From contig OZ244031.1 in the NCBI GenBank assembly GCA_965215045.1, forward strand, positions 1,066,626 to 1,130,625: a stretch of 64,000 bases of DNA. Direction: 5' to 3'. Source of the DNA: Gammaproteobacteria bacterium (lineage in GTDB: Bacteria > Pseudomonadota > Gammaproteobacteria > JABABF01). Under the pieces are notes generated by a model. The model saw nothing but the letters and a program-made list of their open reading frames with translations. It was not told where the DNA came from and ran no database searches. Position numbers and translations under genes: made by a program. Below are positions 9,744-17,933 of this stretch, in pieces (the first letter of the stretch is position 1; each line of letters opens with the position of its first letter).

Positions 9744-9975
9744 AAAAAGCAGCCCCGGGAATAGGGCCCGCGGGTTCCCCGGGACCTGATCGGGGCTATG
9801 CCAGGGAGGGGGAAAAAAAGCAGCCCCGGGAATGGCAGCCGCGGGTTCCCCGGGGACTTGCCGGGGCTATGCCAGGGAGGGGGAAAAAAAGCAACCCCGG
9901 GAATGGCAGCCGCGGGTTCCCCGGGGCCTGATCGGGGCCATGCCAGGGAGGGGGAAAAAGCAGCCCCGGGAATAA
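9744..9975. repeat. 3.3 tandem copies of a 70-bp element; on the minus strand each copy reads as a GC-rich hairpin followed by a T7 run (terminator-like)
   Basis: Units begin at 9749, 9820, 9891 and 9960 (periods 71/71/69): aaaaaaagcagccccgggaatggcagccgcgggttccccggggacttgccggggctatgccagggaggggg. The ccccgggaa...ttccccgggg inverted repeat is flanked by a poly-A run on the plus strand, which is poly-U on the minus-strand transcript. Confidence 0.85.
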
Positions 9976-9994
9976 CGCGTCGACCCTGCACGCG

Positions 9995-10023
9995 CTCTTT
10001 CTTATGCGTAGCATAAGAAAGAG
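9995..10023. repeat. perfect 13-bp inverted repeat with 3-bp spacer (ctctttcttatgc gta gcataagaaagag)
   Basis: Read directly. Lies between the ABC ATPase stop (10228) and the 70-bp repeat array. Candidate protein-binding palindrome or hairpin. Confidence 0.6.
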
Positions 10024-10227
10024 TGCATGAGGGCATGCGATTTTGGAAATCCGCCTGCTGAAACAAGGCACGGGGCACCGGAGGGAATGCGTGCTATAAG
10101 CGTTGCGCCGGGCCTTGTAGGACGGCCCCGGGCAACAGGCGGCGAATGTCCGGCGGCTGTCCCGCCCCGTCCGGGAAAGCACGCCGGCAGACGAGATTTC
10201 TGCCCCGCCCGGAAACCCGTCCCGTGC

Positions 10228-11337
10228 TCAGGGTGCGGTGCCGCTTGCCTCCTCCCCGGGTCTTGCGCCAGGCGGTGCGATGGCACCCTGGCTCGGAAAC
10301 AGGATCAAATGTTCCAGGTCCGTGCTCACGCCAATTTCCCGGGCGAGTTCGAAATCCAGGTGGCTGGGCAGCAGTGCCTGGATGGTCTCGCCCAGGGCGG
10401 TACGCAGGGTATACAAGATGCGATCGCCGGCGAAGAGTTTTTCCAGCACCGTGCAGCGGATGGTGCTGTCCCGGTCATAGAGCACATCGTCCGGGCGCAG
10501 CAAAACGTCCACCGGTCCGGGGGCCAGGGACTGGCTGCCCGGTGCCGGCGAATGCGGAAAATCGCCCAGGGCGGTGCGCACCAGGTGATTGTCCAGCAGC
10601 TGGCCCGGGATGAAACAGCCCTGGCCGACGAAGCGGGCGACAAAACGGGATTGTGGGCGGTGATAGAGATTGTAGGGGGTATCCCACTGTTCCAACTGCC
10701 CGTCGTGCAGCAGGCCCATGGAGTCGGCAAAGCCAAAGGCCTCCTCCTGGTCGTGAGTCACCAGCAGGGCACTGATTTTTTTCTTCTTGAGCAGGGCCTT
10801 GAGTTCCAGGTTGAGTTGGCGGCGCAGGGTGGAGTCGAGATTGGAAAAAGGCTCATCCAGCAGCAGCAACTGCGGCTCCAGCACCAGTGCCCGGGCCAGT
10901 GCCACACGCTGTTGCTGGCCGCCGGAGAGTTCCTGCGGGTAGCGCGCGGCCTCCTCTGCGCCCAGGTCCACGGTGGCCAGGGCGGCATCGACCCGGCGCT
11001 GCCGTTGCCGGGTGCTCTCCCGGTGCAGGCCGAAGGCGATATTGTCGCGTGCGCTGAGATGCGGGAACAGCGCGTACTGTTGAAATACCAGGCCGACGCC
11101 GCGACGCTCCGGGGGGACCTGCCGCCGGGGGGTGGAGAGGATGCGGTTGCCCAGGGAGATCTGGCCCGCCGCCAGGGGTTCTAAGCCGGCGATGGCGCGC
11201 AACACGGTGGTTTTGCCGCCGCCGCTGGGACCCAGCAGGCAGCACAACTCGCCGTTTTCCACGGTGAAACTCAGTCCGCGCACCGCCGCCCGCCCGCGGT
11301 AGCGGCATTCGATGCGGCGGACTTCCAGCAGGGACAT
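10228..11337 (-). CDS. ABC transporter ATP-binding protein (PotA/FbpC-like importer ATPase with C-terminal TOBE-like domain); no adjacent permease or binding-protein gene
   Basis: Walker A GPSGGGKTT, signature LSGGQQQRVALARAL, Walker B LLLLDEP, H-loop VTHD. Neighbours are argF and nrdA, so it is an orphan ATPase. Confidence 0.85.
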   Translation of the reverse strand: MSLLEVRRIECRYRGRAAVRGLSFTVENGELCCLLGPSGGGKTTVLRAIAGLEPLAAGQISLGNRILSTPRRQVPPERRGVGLVFQQYALFPHLSARDNIAFGLHRESTRQRQRRVDAALATVDLGAEEAARYPQELSGGQQQRVALARALVLEPQLLLLDEPFSNLDSTLRRQLNLELKALLKKKKISALLVTHDQEEAFGFADSMGLLHDGQLEQWDTPYNLYHRPQSRFVARFVGQGCFIPGQLLDNHLVRTALGDFPHSPAPGSQSLAPGPVDVLLRPDDVLYDRDSTIRCTVLEKLFAGDRILYTLRTALGETIQALLPSHLDFELAREIGVSTDLEHLILFPSQGAIAPPGARPGEEASGTAP

Positions 11338-11500
11338 GGTGTTTTTCAGAGCGGGCGCGGGGCTGGCAACGGGGACATGGTGTTTTTCAGGGTGGGTGCG
11401 GGACTGGCAACGGGGACAGGGTGTTTTTCAGGGCGGGCGCGGGGCTGGCAACGGGGACAGGGTGTTTTTCAGGGCGGATGCGGGACTGGCAACGGGGACA
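11330..11500. repeat. four tandem copies (plus a partial fifth) of a 41-bp unit; the first copy contains the start codon of the ABC ATPase gene
   Basis: ggggacatggtgtttttcagggtgggtgcgggactggcaac with copies at 11330, 11371, 11412, 11453 and a partial at 11494. Copies 1-2 carry CATGG (ATG on the minus strand); copies 3-4 carry CAGGG. The array fills the argF-stop to ABC-start interval. Confidence 0.85.
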
Positions 11501-11513
11501 TCGCGCCCTGTCT

Positions 11514-12419
11514 TCATCCGCAGAGCAGGAATTCCAGCAGCGCTTTCTGCGCGTGCAGGCGGTTCTCCGCCTCGTCCCAGATCACCGTGTCTTCCGCGTC
11601 CAGCAGTTCGGTGCTGATCTCTTCCTCGCGATGCGCCGGCAGGCAGTGCATGTAGAGTGCATCCGGGCGCGCATGTTGCAGTAGTTCACGGTTCAACTGG
11701 TAGGCACCGAAAGCGGCGCGGCGCTGTTCGCGCTCCTGTTCCTGGCCCATGGACGCCCACACGTCGGTGACCAGGAGATCGGCGTCCCGGGCCGCTTCCA
11801 CCGGGTCGCGCACCACGCGCACGGCGTCGCCGCCGGCCCGCAGTGCCGGTTCCGGGGGTTCGTATCCTTCCGGGCAGGCGATGTACAACTGGAAATCAAA
11901 TTGCCGCGCCGCGTTGATGTACGAATAACAGACATTGTTGCCGTCGCCGATCCACGCCACGCGCCGCCCGGCGATGGCACCCCGGTGTTCGGCGAAGGTC
12001 TGCATGTCTGCCAGCAACTGGCAGGGGTGGTTGCGCCCGGTCAGCGCATTGATCACCGGCACGGAAGCATGGGCGGCGAATTGTTCCAACGTCTCGTGGC
12101 GGGCGGTGCGCATGACCACGGCATCGACCATGCGCGAGAGGGTGCGCGCCGTATCCTGCGGCGGCTCCCCGCGTCCCAGCTGCAATTCGGCGGCGGCGAG
12201 AAACAGCACCTGGCCGCCCAACTGCTGCACTCCGACTTCGAAGGAGACCCGGGTGCGCGTCGAGGGTTTTTCAAACAGCAGGGCGACCGAGCGACCGGCG
12301 AGAGCTTGCGGGCAGCGTCCCTCTGCCTGCAGGGTCTTGAGTTCGATACCCCGCTGTACGATCGCCTGCAACTCCTGCGGTGCGCAATCCATCAGGGAGA
12401 GAAAATGCCGGGTGCTCAT
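11514..12419 (-). CDS. argF: ornithine carbamoyltransferase
   Basis: STRTR carbamoyl-phosphate motif, HCLPAHR ornithine motif, 301 aa. Confidence 0.9.
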   Translation of the reverse strand: MSTRHFLSLMDCAPQELQAIVQRGIELKTLQAEGRCPQALAGRSVALLFEKPSTRTRVSFEVGVQQLGGQVLFLAAAELQLGRGEPPQDTARTLSRMVDAVVMRTARHETLEQFAAHASVPVINALTGRNHPCQLLADMQTFAEHRGAIAGRRVAWIGDGNNVCYSYINAARQFDFQLYIACPEGYEPPEPALRAGGDAVRVVRDPVEAARDADLLVTDVWASMGQEQEREQRRAAFGAYQLNRELLQHARPDALYMHCLPAHREEEISTELLDAEDTVIWDEAENRLHAQKALLEFLLCG

Positions 12420-12425
12420 CGGCGT

Positions 12426-13601
12426 TTACATCTCTTCCAGCAATCCGCACAGGGTATCGAGCAGGGTCTGCGCCTCCTCGTCGCCCAGGACCAGGGGCGG
12501 CGTCAGGCGCACCACCCGCCCTGCGGTCACGTTGATCAGCAGGTGCCGTTCCAGGGCCCGGGCCACGAGCTCGCCGCAGGCTTCGGCGAGTTCGATGCCG
12601 ATCATGAGCCCGCGCCCCCGCACCTCGACCAACTGCGGCAGTTTTGCCAGGCGTGCGCGGAACTCACCCATGAGCCGTTCGCCGAGTTGCGCAGCGCGTG
12701 CACACAGCCCCTCCTTGTCGATGGTTTCCAGCACCGCCAGTGCCGCTGCACAGGCCAGCGGATTGCCGCCGAAGGTGGAGGCGTGGTTGCCGGGTTGAAA
12801 CAGTTCCGCGGCGGCACCCCGCGCCATGCAAGCACCGATCGGCACGCCGTTGCCGAGTCCCTTGGCGGTGGTCAGGATATCCGCCTGCACGCCCTCGCCC
12901 AGGGAGGCGAAATAATCGCCGGTGCGACCGTTGCCGGTCTGCACCTCGTCGCAGATCAGCAACAACTCGCGCCGGTCGCACAGTGTGCGCAGTTCCTGCA
13001 GGTACCCGGGCGGCGGCACCCGGATGCCGCCCTCGCCCAGGATCGGTTCCAGCATCACGGCGACCACGTCGGCGTTGCGTTCGACGATCGCCTGCACCGC
13101 AGCGGCATCGCCGAAAGGCGCGCGCACGAAACCGCTGACCAGGGGTTCGAACCCGGCCTGGATTTTGCGGTTTCCAGATGCGCTGAGTGTGGCCAGCGTG
13201 CGCCCGTGAAAAGAGTCCTCCATAACCACGATGCCCGGTTGGCGAATGTTTTTCCTGCGCCCGTGCAGGCGCGCCAGCTTGAATGCCGCCTCGTTCGCCT
13301 CGGCACCGGAATTGCAGAAAAATGCGCGTTCCTGCCCGGCGCAGCGCAAAAGTTTTGCGGCGAGTTGTTCCTGCAGCGGAACCCGGTAGAGGTTGGAAGT
13401 GTGCACCAGGCGACCGGCCTGTTCCTGCACGGCGGCGGCGACCGCCGGGTGCGCATGTCCCAGGCCGCACACGGCGATGCCGCTCAAGGCATCGAGAAAC
13501 GCCTCGCCGTTCTCATCGTACAACCAGGCCCCCTCGCCGCGGACAAAAGCCGTCGGCAGGCGCAGGTACGTCGGCATCAGGCCGCTGTCAGTATGGGACA
13601 T
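12426..13601 (-). CDS. argD: acetylornithine aminotransferase (class III PLP aminotransferase)
   Basis: Start at the internal ATG (M39 of ORF 12426..13715). ...FFCNSGAEANEAAFKLAR... and the PLP-lysine region are typical ArgD. Adjacent to argF. Confidence 0.85.
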   Translation of the reverse strand: MSHTDSGLMPTYLRLPTAFVRGEGAWLYDENGEAFLDALSGIAVCGLGHAHPAVAAAVQEQAGRLVHTSNLYRVPLQEQLAAKLLRCAGQERAFFCNSGAEANEAAFKLARLHGRRKNIRQPGIVVMEDSFHGRTLATLSASGNRKIQAGFEPLVSGFVRAPFGDAAAVQAIVERNADVVAVMLEPILGEGGIRVPPPGYLQELRTLCDRRELLLICDEVQTGNGRTGDYFASLGEGVQADILTTAKGLGNGVPIGACMARGAAAELFQPGNHASTFGGNPLACAAALAVLETIDKEGLCARAAQLGERLMGEFRARLAKLPQLVEVRGRGLMIGIELAEACGELVARALERHLLINVTAGRVVRLTPPLVLGDEEAQTLLDTLCGLLEEM

Positions 13602-13756
13602 GAATTCTTCCCGGGGCCGTAAAAACAAAAACGGGCGATGCGTTGCCGCGGCGCCCGTTGTGAAAATTATAACATTGTCGGACCCGGGACTTTTATGCTG
13701 TAATACAACAACCATGCGCCCCTGAAGGGGGCGGAAGACACGATGGAAAAAAGCGA

Positions 13757-14095
13757 ATGGAAGAGACCCTGGAACGAATCAAGTGCCAGATTGCAGAGCA
13801 CCCGGTACTGCTCTACATGAAGGGTGCGCCGATGGCCCCGCAATGCGGTTTTTCCGCCCGGGTTGTGGAGGCGCTCATGAGTTGCGGCGAGCGTTTTTCC
13901 TACGTCGATATTTTGCAGCACCCGGACATCCGCGGTGTCCTGCCGGAATACGCCGACTGGCCCACCTTCCCGCAATTGTGGGTGAACGGGGAATTGGTCG
14001 GCGGCTGCGATATTGTCACCGCCATGCATGAACGCGGCGAGCTCAAACCCCTGGTGGCGTCCGCCGCACAACCGGCGGCACAAGACGCGCGCTGA
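13757..14095 (+). CDS. grxD: Grx4-family monothiol glutaredoxin
   Basis: CGFS active-site motif. N-terminus ...IAEHPVLLYMKGAP... matches GrxD. Confidence 0.85.
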   Translation: MEETLERIKCQIAEHPVLLYMKGAPMAPQCGFSARVVEALMSCGERFSYVDILQHPDIRGVLPEYADWPTFPQLWVNGELVGGCDIVTAMHERGELKPLVASAAQPAAQDAR

Positions 14096-14169
14096 TCGGC
14101 GGTTGACGCCGCCGGCTCGCGGGATGTTGGGCGCGCCTGGGATTGCAGCTGCCTTTCCCGGGCTTGGAT

Positions 14170-14649
14170 TTATTCCTGGTCGACTTCGCCGGCAGCGGAT
14201 TGCAGGTAGTTTTCCAGGCCCAGCGTCTTAACCAGGTCCAGCTGCGTCTCCAGCCAATCCATGTGTTTTTCCTCGGTTTCGAGAATCCCGTGCAGCAGTT
14301 CGCGGCTGACGAAGTCGGCTTTTTTTTCGCACAGTTGAATCCCCGCGCACAAATCCTTGTGGCCGGATTTCTCCAGTTTTAAATCGGCACGGAAAATGCT
14401 CGTCGGCGTCTTGCCGATGGTGGGCTTGGGCACTTTCATCTCGGGCATGCCCGAAAGCATCAGGATGCGCTGCATCAGGGCGTCGGCGTGTTTCATTTCA
14501 TCGACCGCTTCCCGGTACACGAACGCGGAAATCTTGTGCAGGCCCTGATGCTTCAGGATCAGCGCGTGCACCGTGTACTGGTTGATCGATACCAGCTCAT
14601 TGCTGAGCAGGCGGTTCAACATGGCAATGATTTGCGGGTCGCCTTGCAT
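14170..14649 (-). CDS. bfr: bacterioferritin
   Basis: 159 aa with near-colinear similarity to E. coli Bfr (MxGDxxxIxxLNxLLxNELVxINQY...EMKHAD...WLETxLDLxxxxGLxNYLQ). Confidence 0.9.
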   Translation of the reverse strand: MQGDPQIIAMLNRLLSNELVSINQYTVHALILKHQGLHKISAFVYREAVDEMKHADALMQRILMLSGMPEMKVPKPTIGKTPTSIFRADLKLEKSGHKDLCAGIQLCEKKADFVSRELLHGILETEEKHMDWLETQLDLVKTLGLENYLQSAAGEVDQE

Positions 14650-14693
14650 GGAATTCTCCTCGCTTGTTTTCCCACCTCGTTAGCGGGCGGGGC

Positions 14694-14722
14694 AGCATAA
14701 ATTTTTTACCTGTTCTTGTCAA
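14694..14722 (-). promoter_or_regulatory. putative sigma70 promoter of bfr (TTGACA-17-TATGCT on minus strand)
   Basis: Minus-strand reading: TTGACA (14722-14717), 17-nt spacer, TATGCT (14699-14694), about 40 nt upstream of the bfr ATG. It shares the 13-mer ACACCGGTTTGAC with the promoter of the paralog-1 gene at 15316. Confidence 0.45.
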
Positions 14723-14800
14723 ACCGGTGTATGAGTTCTTGACTTGTGAGACGCTACAGGCTCATCCGCAGGCGGGAGAAGCGTCGGCGGTGCGGGCTAA

Positions 14801-14863
14801 GCCACCCCCCCTCTCAAGCCACCCCCCCTCTCAAAGCCACCCCCCCCCTCTCAAAGTCCCCCC
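14801..14863. repeat. three tandem copies of GCCACCCCCCCTCTCAAA (C7-C9 tracts); G7-G9 tracts on the minus-strand transcript
   Basis: Read directly. Lies in the 3' region immediately after the stop of the minus-strand paralog-1 gene (stop at 14851-14853). Four G-tracts in total give potential G-quadruplex or slippage behaviour. Confidence 0.8.
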
Positions 14864-15207
14864 CGGGTAACGATTGCGAGTATGCTCAGCTGGAGGAGGA
14901 CAATAATGCCGAACCCCCACCGTATCCATACGAAGGCCTGTTGGTTGCGTTTTTCAGACTCTTCATGGAGATACAGGCTGTATTTCTTAGACTCTTCATG
15001 GAGTTCCCGGCTGTATTTCTTAGCCTCTTCGTGGAGCTCCAGCATGCGCTGCTCAAGCTTCTCCAAGTCAGCGCGGATGGCCAGGCCCAGTTCTTTCACC
15101 ATGCTCGCCATCACCCGCAGGATACTGCGGATCTGCTGGTCGTCAAAGCCGGCTGCCTTCAGGTGTTCGCTCATGTCTTCGCGGTTTCGAAACGCTGGTT
15201 CAGTCAT
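14851..15207 (-). CDS. small membrane-anchored coiled-coil protein, paralog 1 of a three-member family (DUF1640-like architecture)
   Basis: 118 aa. Conserved N-terminus MTEPAFRNREDMSEHLKAAGFDDQQIRSIL..., 11-residue repeats (ELHEEAKKYSR/ELHEESKKYSL/YLHEESEKRNQ) and a C-terminal hydrophobic helix WIRWGFGIIVLLQLSILAIV. About 95 nt of 5' coding sequence plus the 5' leader are near-identical to the genes at 56679 and 57547. Confidence 0.6.
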   Translation of the reverse strand: MTEPAFRNREDMSEHLKAAGFDDQQIRSILRVMASMVKELGLAIRADLEKLEQRMLELHEEAKKYSRELHEESKKYSLYLHEESEKRNQQAFVWIRWGFGIIVLLQLSILAIVTRGGL

Positions 15208-15292
15208 GGTGACAATCTCCTTTTTGCCTCTTTCCAGAGGGTGGAAATAATACGCGCGTCCTGTGATTGTTCATCCTTGCCCCCTGCCTCAC

Positions 15293-15321
15293 ACTGTATT
15301 CGCTGTCTGCGGGAAAGTCAA
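15293..15321 (-). promoter_or_regulatory. near-consensus sigma70 promoter of paralog 1 (TTGACT-17-TACAGT on minus strand)
   Basis: Plus strand carries agtcaa (15316-15321) and actgta (15293-15298), spaced 17 bp apart. The same hexamers and a conserved 80-nt leader ending AAAAAGGAGATTGTCACC-ATG occur upstream of paralogs 2 and 3. Confidence 0.55.
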
Positions 15322-15372
15322 ACCGGTGTGAGAGTACCGCCATTACTGGCGCAAACGCTGACCGCGCGGGAT

Positions 15373-15981
15373 TTATTTCTTGCGCGAACGCCGCGTTGCG
15401 CGGTTCATCTTGCCGCAGCAGTTTTTATGTTTTTTGCCGCTGCCGCACGGGCACAGCTGGTCGCGGGTGGCGGGAATGACGTGTGTCGCACGCGGCTTGG
15501 ACGCCTGGAGCTTCGCCGTGTGCGGTTGGGCCTGGGCGGCTGCCGCATCCTGGGCGGCGACGAAATCAGTACCGCCCAGGGCCGGTGCCCGAAAGGAGAA
15601 CACGGTCTTGCCGCCCGCATAAGAGAGGGAGAGATCGCCCAGGCTGATGATGTCCAGGCCGACCACGCAGTCCCGCCCCCCGGGCAGGGGTTCCGCTCCC
15701 GCCACGGCCTGCACCCCGGCACAGCGGATATTGTTGGGAAGATGTACATCGGCGACGCAGAAGGAGACGCCCTGTTCATCCTGTTGCAACTCGAGTCCCA
15801 GGGCCTCGATCACCGCCTGTGACAAGCGGGTGCGCGGCTCCGCGGTGCTCCACAGGGATTTGGCCTTGACCGCCGGTTCGCTGCGGTCCGGCCCGGTGAT
15901 GCGCAGTTCCAGTTCGATGGCGTTGAGGCGACCGTTGGCACTCAAGGTGAAGGCGCGCGGCGGGATTCCGGCTTGTGACAT
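15373..15981 (-). CDS. SEC-C motif domain protein (YchJ-like), hypothetical
   Basis: C-terminal CPCGSGKKHKNCCG metal-binding SEC-C motif; 202 aa. Confidence 0.55.
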   Translation of the reverse strand: MSQAGIPPRAFTLSANGRLNAIELELRITGPDRSEPAVKAKSLWSTAEPRTRLSQAVIEALGLELQQDEQGVSFCVADVHLPNNIRCAGVQAVAGAEPLPGGRDCVVGLDIISLGDLSLSYAGGKTVFSFRAPALGGTDFVAAQDAAAAQAQPHTAKLQASKPRATHVIPATRDQLCPCGSGKKHKNCCGKMNRATRRSRKK

Positions 15982-15984
15982 GTT

Positions 15985-17082
15985 TTATTCCAGGGGCCCG
16001 GGGCGGCGGGTTTCGCCCAGGATCGGTGCTTCGAAACGATCGGCACTGACACCGAACTTGCGGCGCGCGGTGGCGAGGTCCCGGATCGGGGCGTCGATAT
16101 CTTCGGCGGAGAGCTGGAAAGTGCCCCAGTGCACGCCGATCGCATAGCGCGCCCCGGTATCGAGAAAAATCTGCACCGCTTCCTCCGGGCTGACATGACT
16201 TTTTTGCATGAACTCCCGCGGCCGGTAGGCACCGATCGGGATCAGCGCCAGGTCGGCGGTGGGCAGATGCAGGCCGATCTCGGTGAACTGGTGCGGGTTA
16301 TACCCGGTGTCGCCGGCAAACCACAGGCTGAAGTCTCCGATTTGCACGTGCCAGGACGCCCACAGGGTCTGGTAACGATCGTTCAAACCGCGTCCCGACC
16401 AGTGCTGACTGGGGGTGGCGGTCACGCGCACGTCACTCCATTGCGCCTGCTGCCACCAGTCGAATTCCTGCACCCGCTGCGGCGAAATGCCGGCCTTTTG
16501 CAGCCACTCGCCGATGCCCAGGGGTGCCAGCCACAGGGGCTCATCGCCCAGGGCGCGCACCGTGGCCCGGTCCAGGTGGTCGTAATGGTTGTGCGAGATC
16601 AGCACGTAGTGCACCCGGGGCAATTCCTCGATTTTCAGTGCCGGCGGTGTCACGCGCCGCGGCCCCAGGAAGGGGACGGGTGAACAGCGCCGGGAGAAAA
16701 TCGGGTCGGTCAACACGTTGATGCCGCGGTACTGCACCAGCACCATGGAGTGTCCCAGCCACGTAAATTGCGGCTCTACCTCGTCCGGTTGCTGGATTCT
16801 CTGACGATTGGCGCGCACCTGCGGCACGCGGCCCGCCCCCTGCTCGTGCCAGTCCGGAAAGTGTTTCCTGAGGCGCCACCAGCGGCCCAGGGTGCGCCAG
16901 CCCTCGCTGGAGGAATCGGTGGTCAGGTGGCGTCCGATGTAGGGATTGCGAAAGAACCCGTCTTCGGCGTGATGTGATGGCGCGGTGTGGACCACGGGCA
17001 GTGTGCGCATGTTCTCAACCGCGAGGCCCGAAAACGGCAGGGCGAGTACAGCCCAGGGCAGTATGGACAGCGTCTGTCTCAT
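15985..17082 (-). CDS. MBL-fold metallo-hydrolase (NAPE-PLD-like) with signal peptide
   Basis: HxHxDH motif (ISHNHYDHLD) and downstream His/Asp ligands. N-terminal MRQTLSILPWAVLALPFSGLA is a signal peptide. Confidence 0.7.
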   Translation of the reverse strand: MRQTLSILPWAVLALPFSGLAVENMRTLPVVHTAPSHHAEDGFFRNPYIGRHLTTDSSSEGWRTLGRWWRLRKHFPDWHEQGAGRVPQVRANRQRIQQPDEVEPQFTWLGHSMVLVQYRGINVLTDPIFSRRCSPVPFLGPRRVTPPALKIEELPRVHYVLISHNHYDHLDRATVRALGDEPLWLAPLGIGEWLQKAGISPQRVQEFDWWQQAQWSDVRVTATPSQHWSGRGLNDRYQTLWASWHVQIGDFSLWFAGDTGYNPHQFTEIGLHLPTADLALIPIGAYRPREFMQKSHVSPEEAVQIFLDTGARYAIGVHWGTFQLSAEDIDAPIRDLATARRKFGVSADRFEAPILGETRRPGPLE

Positions 17083-17750
17083 GGTCCGGATGCGTCACCG
17101 GTGGGACCTTGTGCATATCGATGCCATCGATTGACAATGGTGCAGAACAGTTCTGCAGTTTTTTCCGCGTCGTATTGTGCAGAGTGCGCCGCATCTTTGT
17201 CAAAATCGATGCGCGCCGCCTTACAGGCCTTCGCCAGCACGGTCTGTCCGAAGGCCATCGCCGCCAGGCTCACCGTGTCGAACACCGAGAAGGGGTGGAA
17301 GGGGTTTCTTTTGAGGCCGCAGCGTTTGGCCGCCGCCATCAGGAAACTGTGATCAAAATTGGCGTTGTGTCCCACCAGCACGGCGCGGGTGCAGCCCTGT
17401 TCGGAAACCTGGCGCCGCAACAGCCGGAACATCTCAGACAGCACGTGCTGTTCGCTGCGCGCCCGGCGGCCCGGGTCATGGGGATTGCTGATGCCGGTGA
17501 ATTCCAGGCAGGCGGGGTCCAGCACGGCGCCGGGAAAGGGCATCACCCGGCTGCAGTAGGTCTCAGAAGGGTGCAGAAATCCCTGCCGGGAGATGTCGAG
17601 CGGGATCATGGCGATTTCCAGGATCGCGCAGCTCTGGGGCGCAAAACCGCTGGTTTCCAGGTCGATGACCACGGGCAGAAAGCCGCGAAAGCGGTCCTTG
17701 ATGCGCGGTTTGTCCGCTGCCTTGTCCGCCTTGTCCACCGCCTTGTCCAC
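17079..17750 (-). CDS. rnt: ribonuclease T (DEDDh 3'-5' exoribonuclease); start codon uncertain
   Basis: DRFRGFLPVVIDLETSGF...VGHNANFDHSF...HSAQYDAEKTA aligns with E. coli RNase T. The table ORF starts at GTG 17750, inside a tandem-repeat array; no in-frame ATG was located by hand close to the conserved core. Confidence 0.8.
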   Translation of the reverse strand: MDKAVDKADKAADKPRIKDRFRGFLPVVIDLETSGFAPQSCAILEIAMIPLDISRQGFLHPSETYCSRVMPFPGAVLDPACLEFTGISNPHDPGRRARSEQHVLSEMFRLLRRQVSEQGCTRAVLVGHNANFDHSFLMAAAKRCGLKRNPFHPFSVFDTVSLAAMAFGQTVLAKACKAARIDFDKDAAHSAQYDAEKTAELFCTIVNRWHRYAQGPTGDASGP

Positions 17751-17842
17751 CGCTTGGTCCGCCGCCTTGCCTTGTCCACCGCTTGGTCCGCTGCCTTGTC
17801 CACCGCTTGGTCCGCTGCCTTGTCCACTGCCTTGTCCACCGT
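17709..17842. repeat. about 11 tandem 12-bp units (CTTGTCCACCGC/TTGGTCCGCTGC) spanning the 5' end of rnt, with one 5-bp partial unit
   Basis: Read directly. On the minus strand the units encode (V)DKA(A)DQA... repeats. The partial unit cttgc at 17766-17770 changes frame between an upstream ORF (…STVDKAVDKAADQAVDKAADQAVDKA…) and the rnt frame (…DKAVDKADKAADKPRIKDRFRGF…). Confidence 0.85.
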
Positions 17843-17933
17843 GCTCACGGCCTGGAACCTCCCGCGCCGCCGGCCCGCAGATTTTCCGCGCCGTTCATTG
17901 CCGGCCGCGGGGTGTGCCCCCGCACATCGCGTT

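Noticed and set aside
9722-10182. Two overlapping minus-strand ORFs (118 and 128 aa) in the nrdA upstream region
   Set aside because: They are translations of the 70-bp tandem repeat (repetitive PGxGxxG peptides) and are not credible genes.
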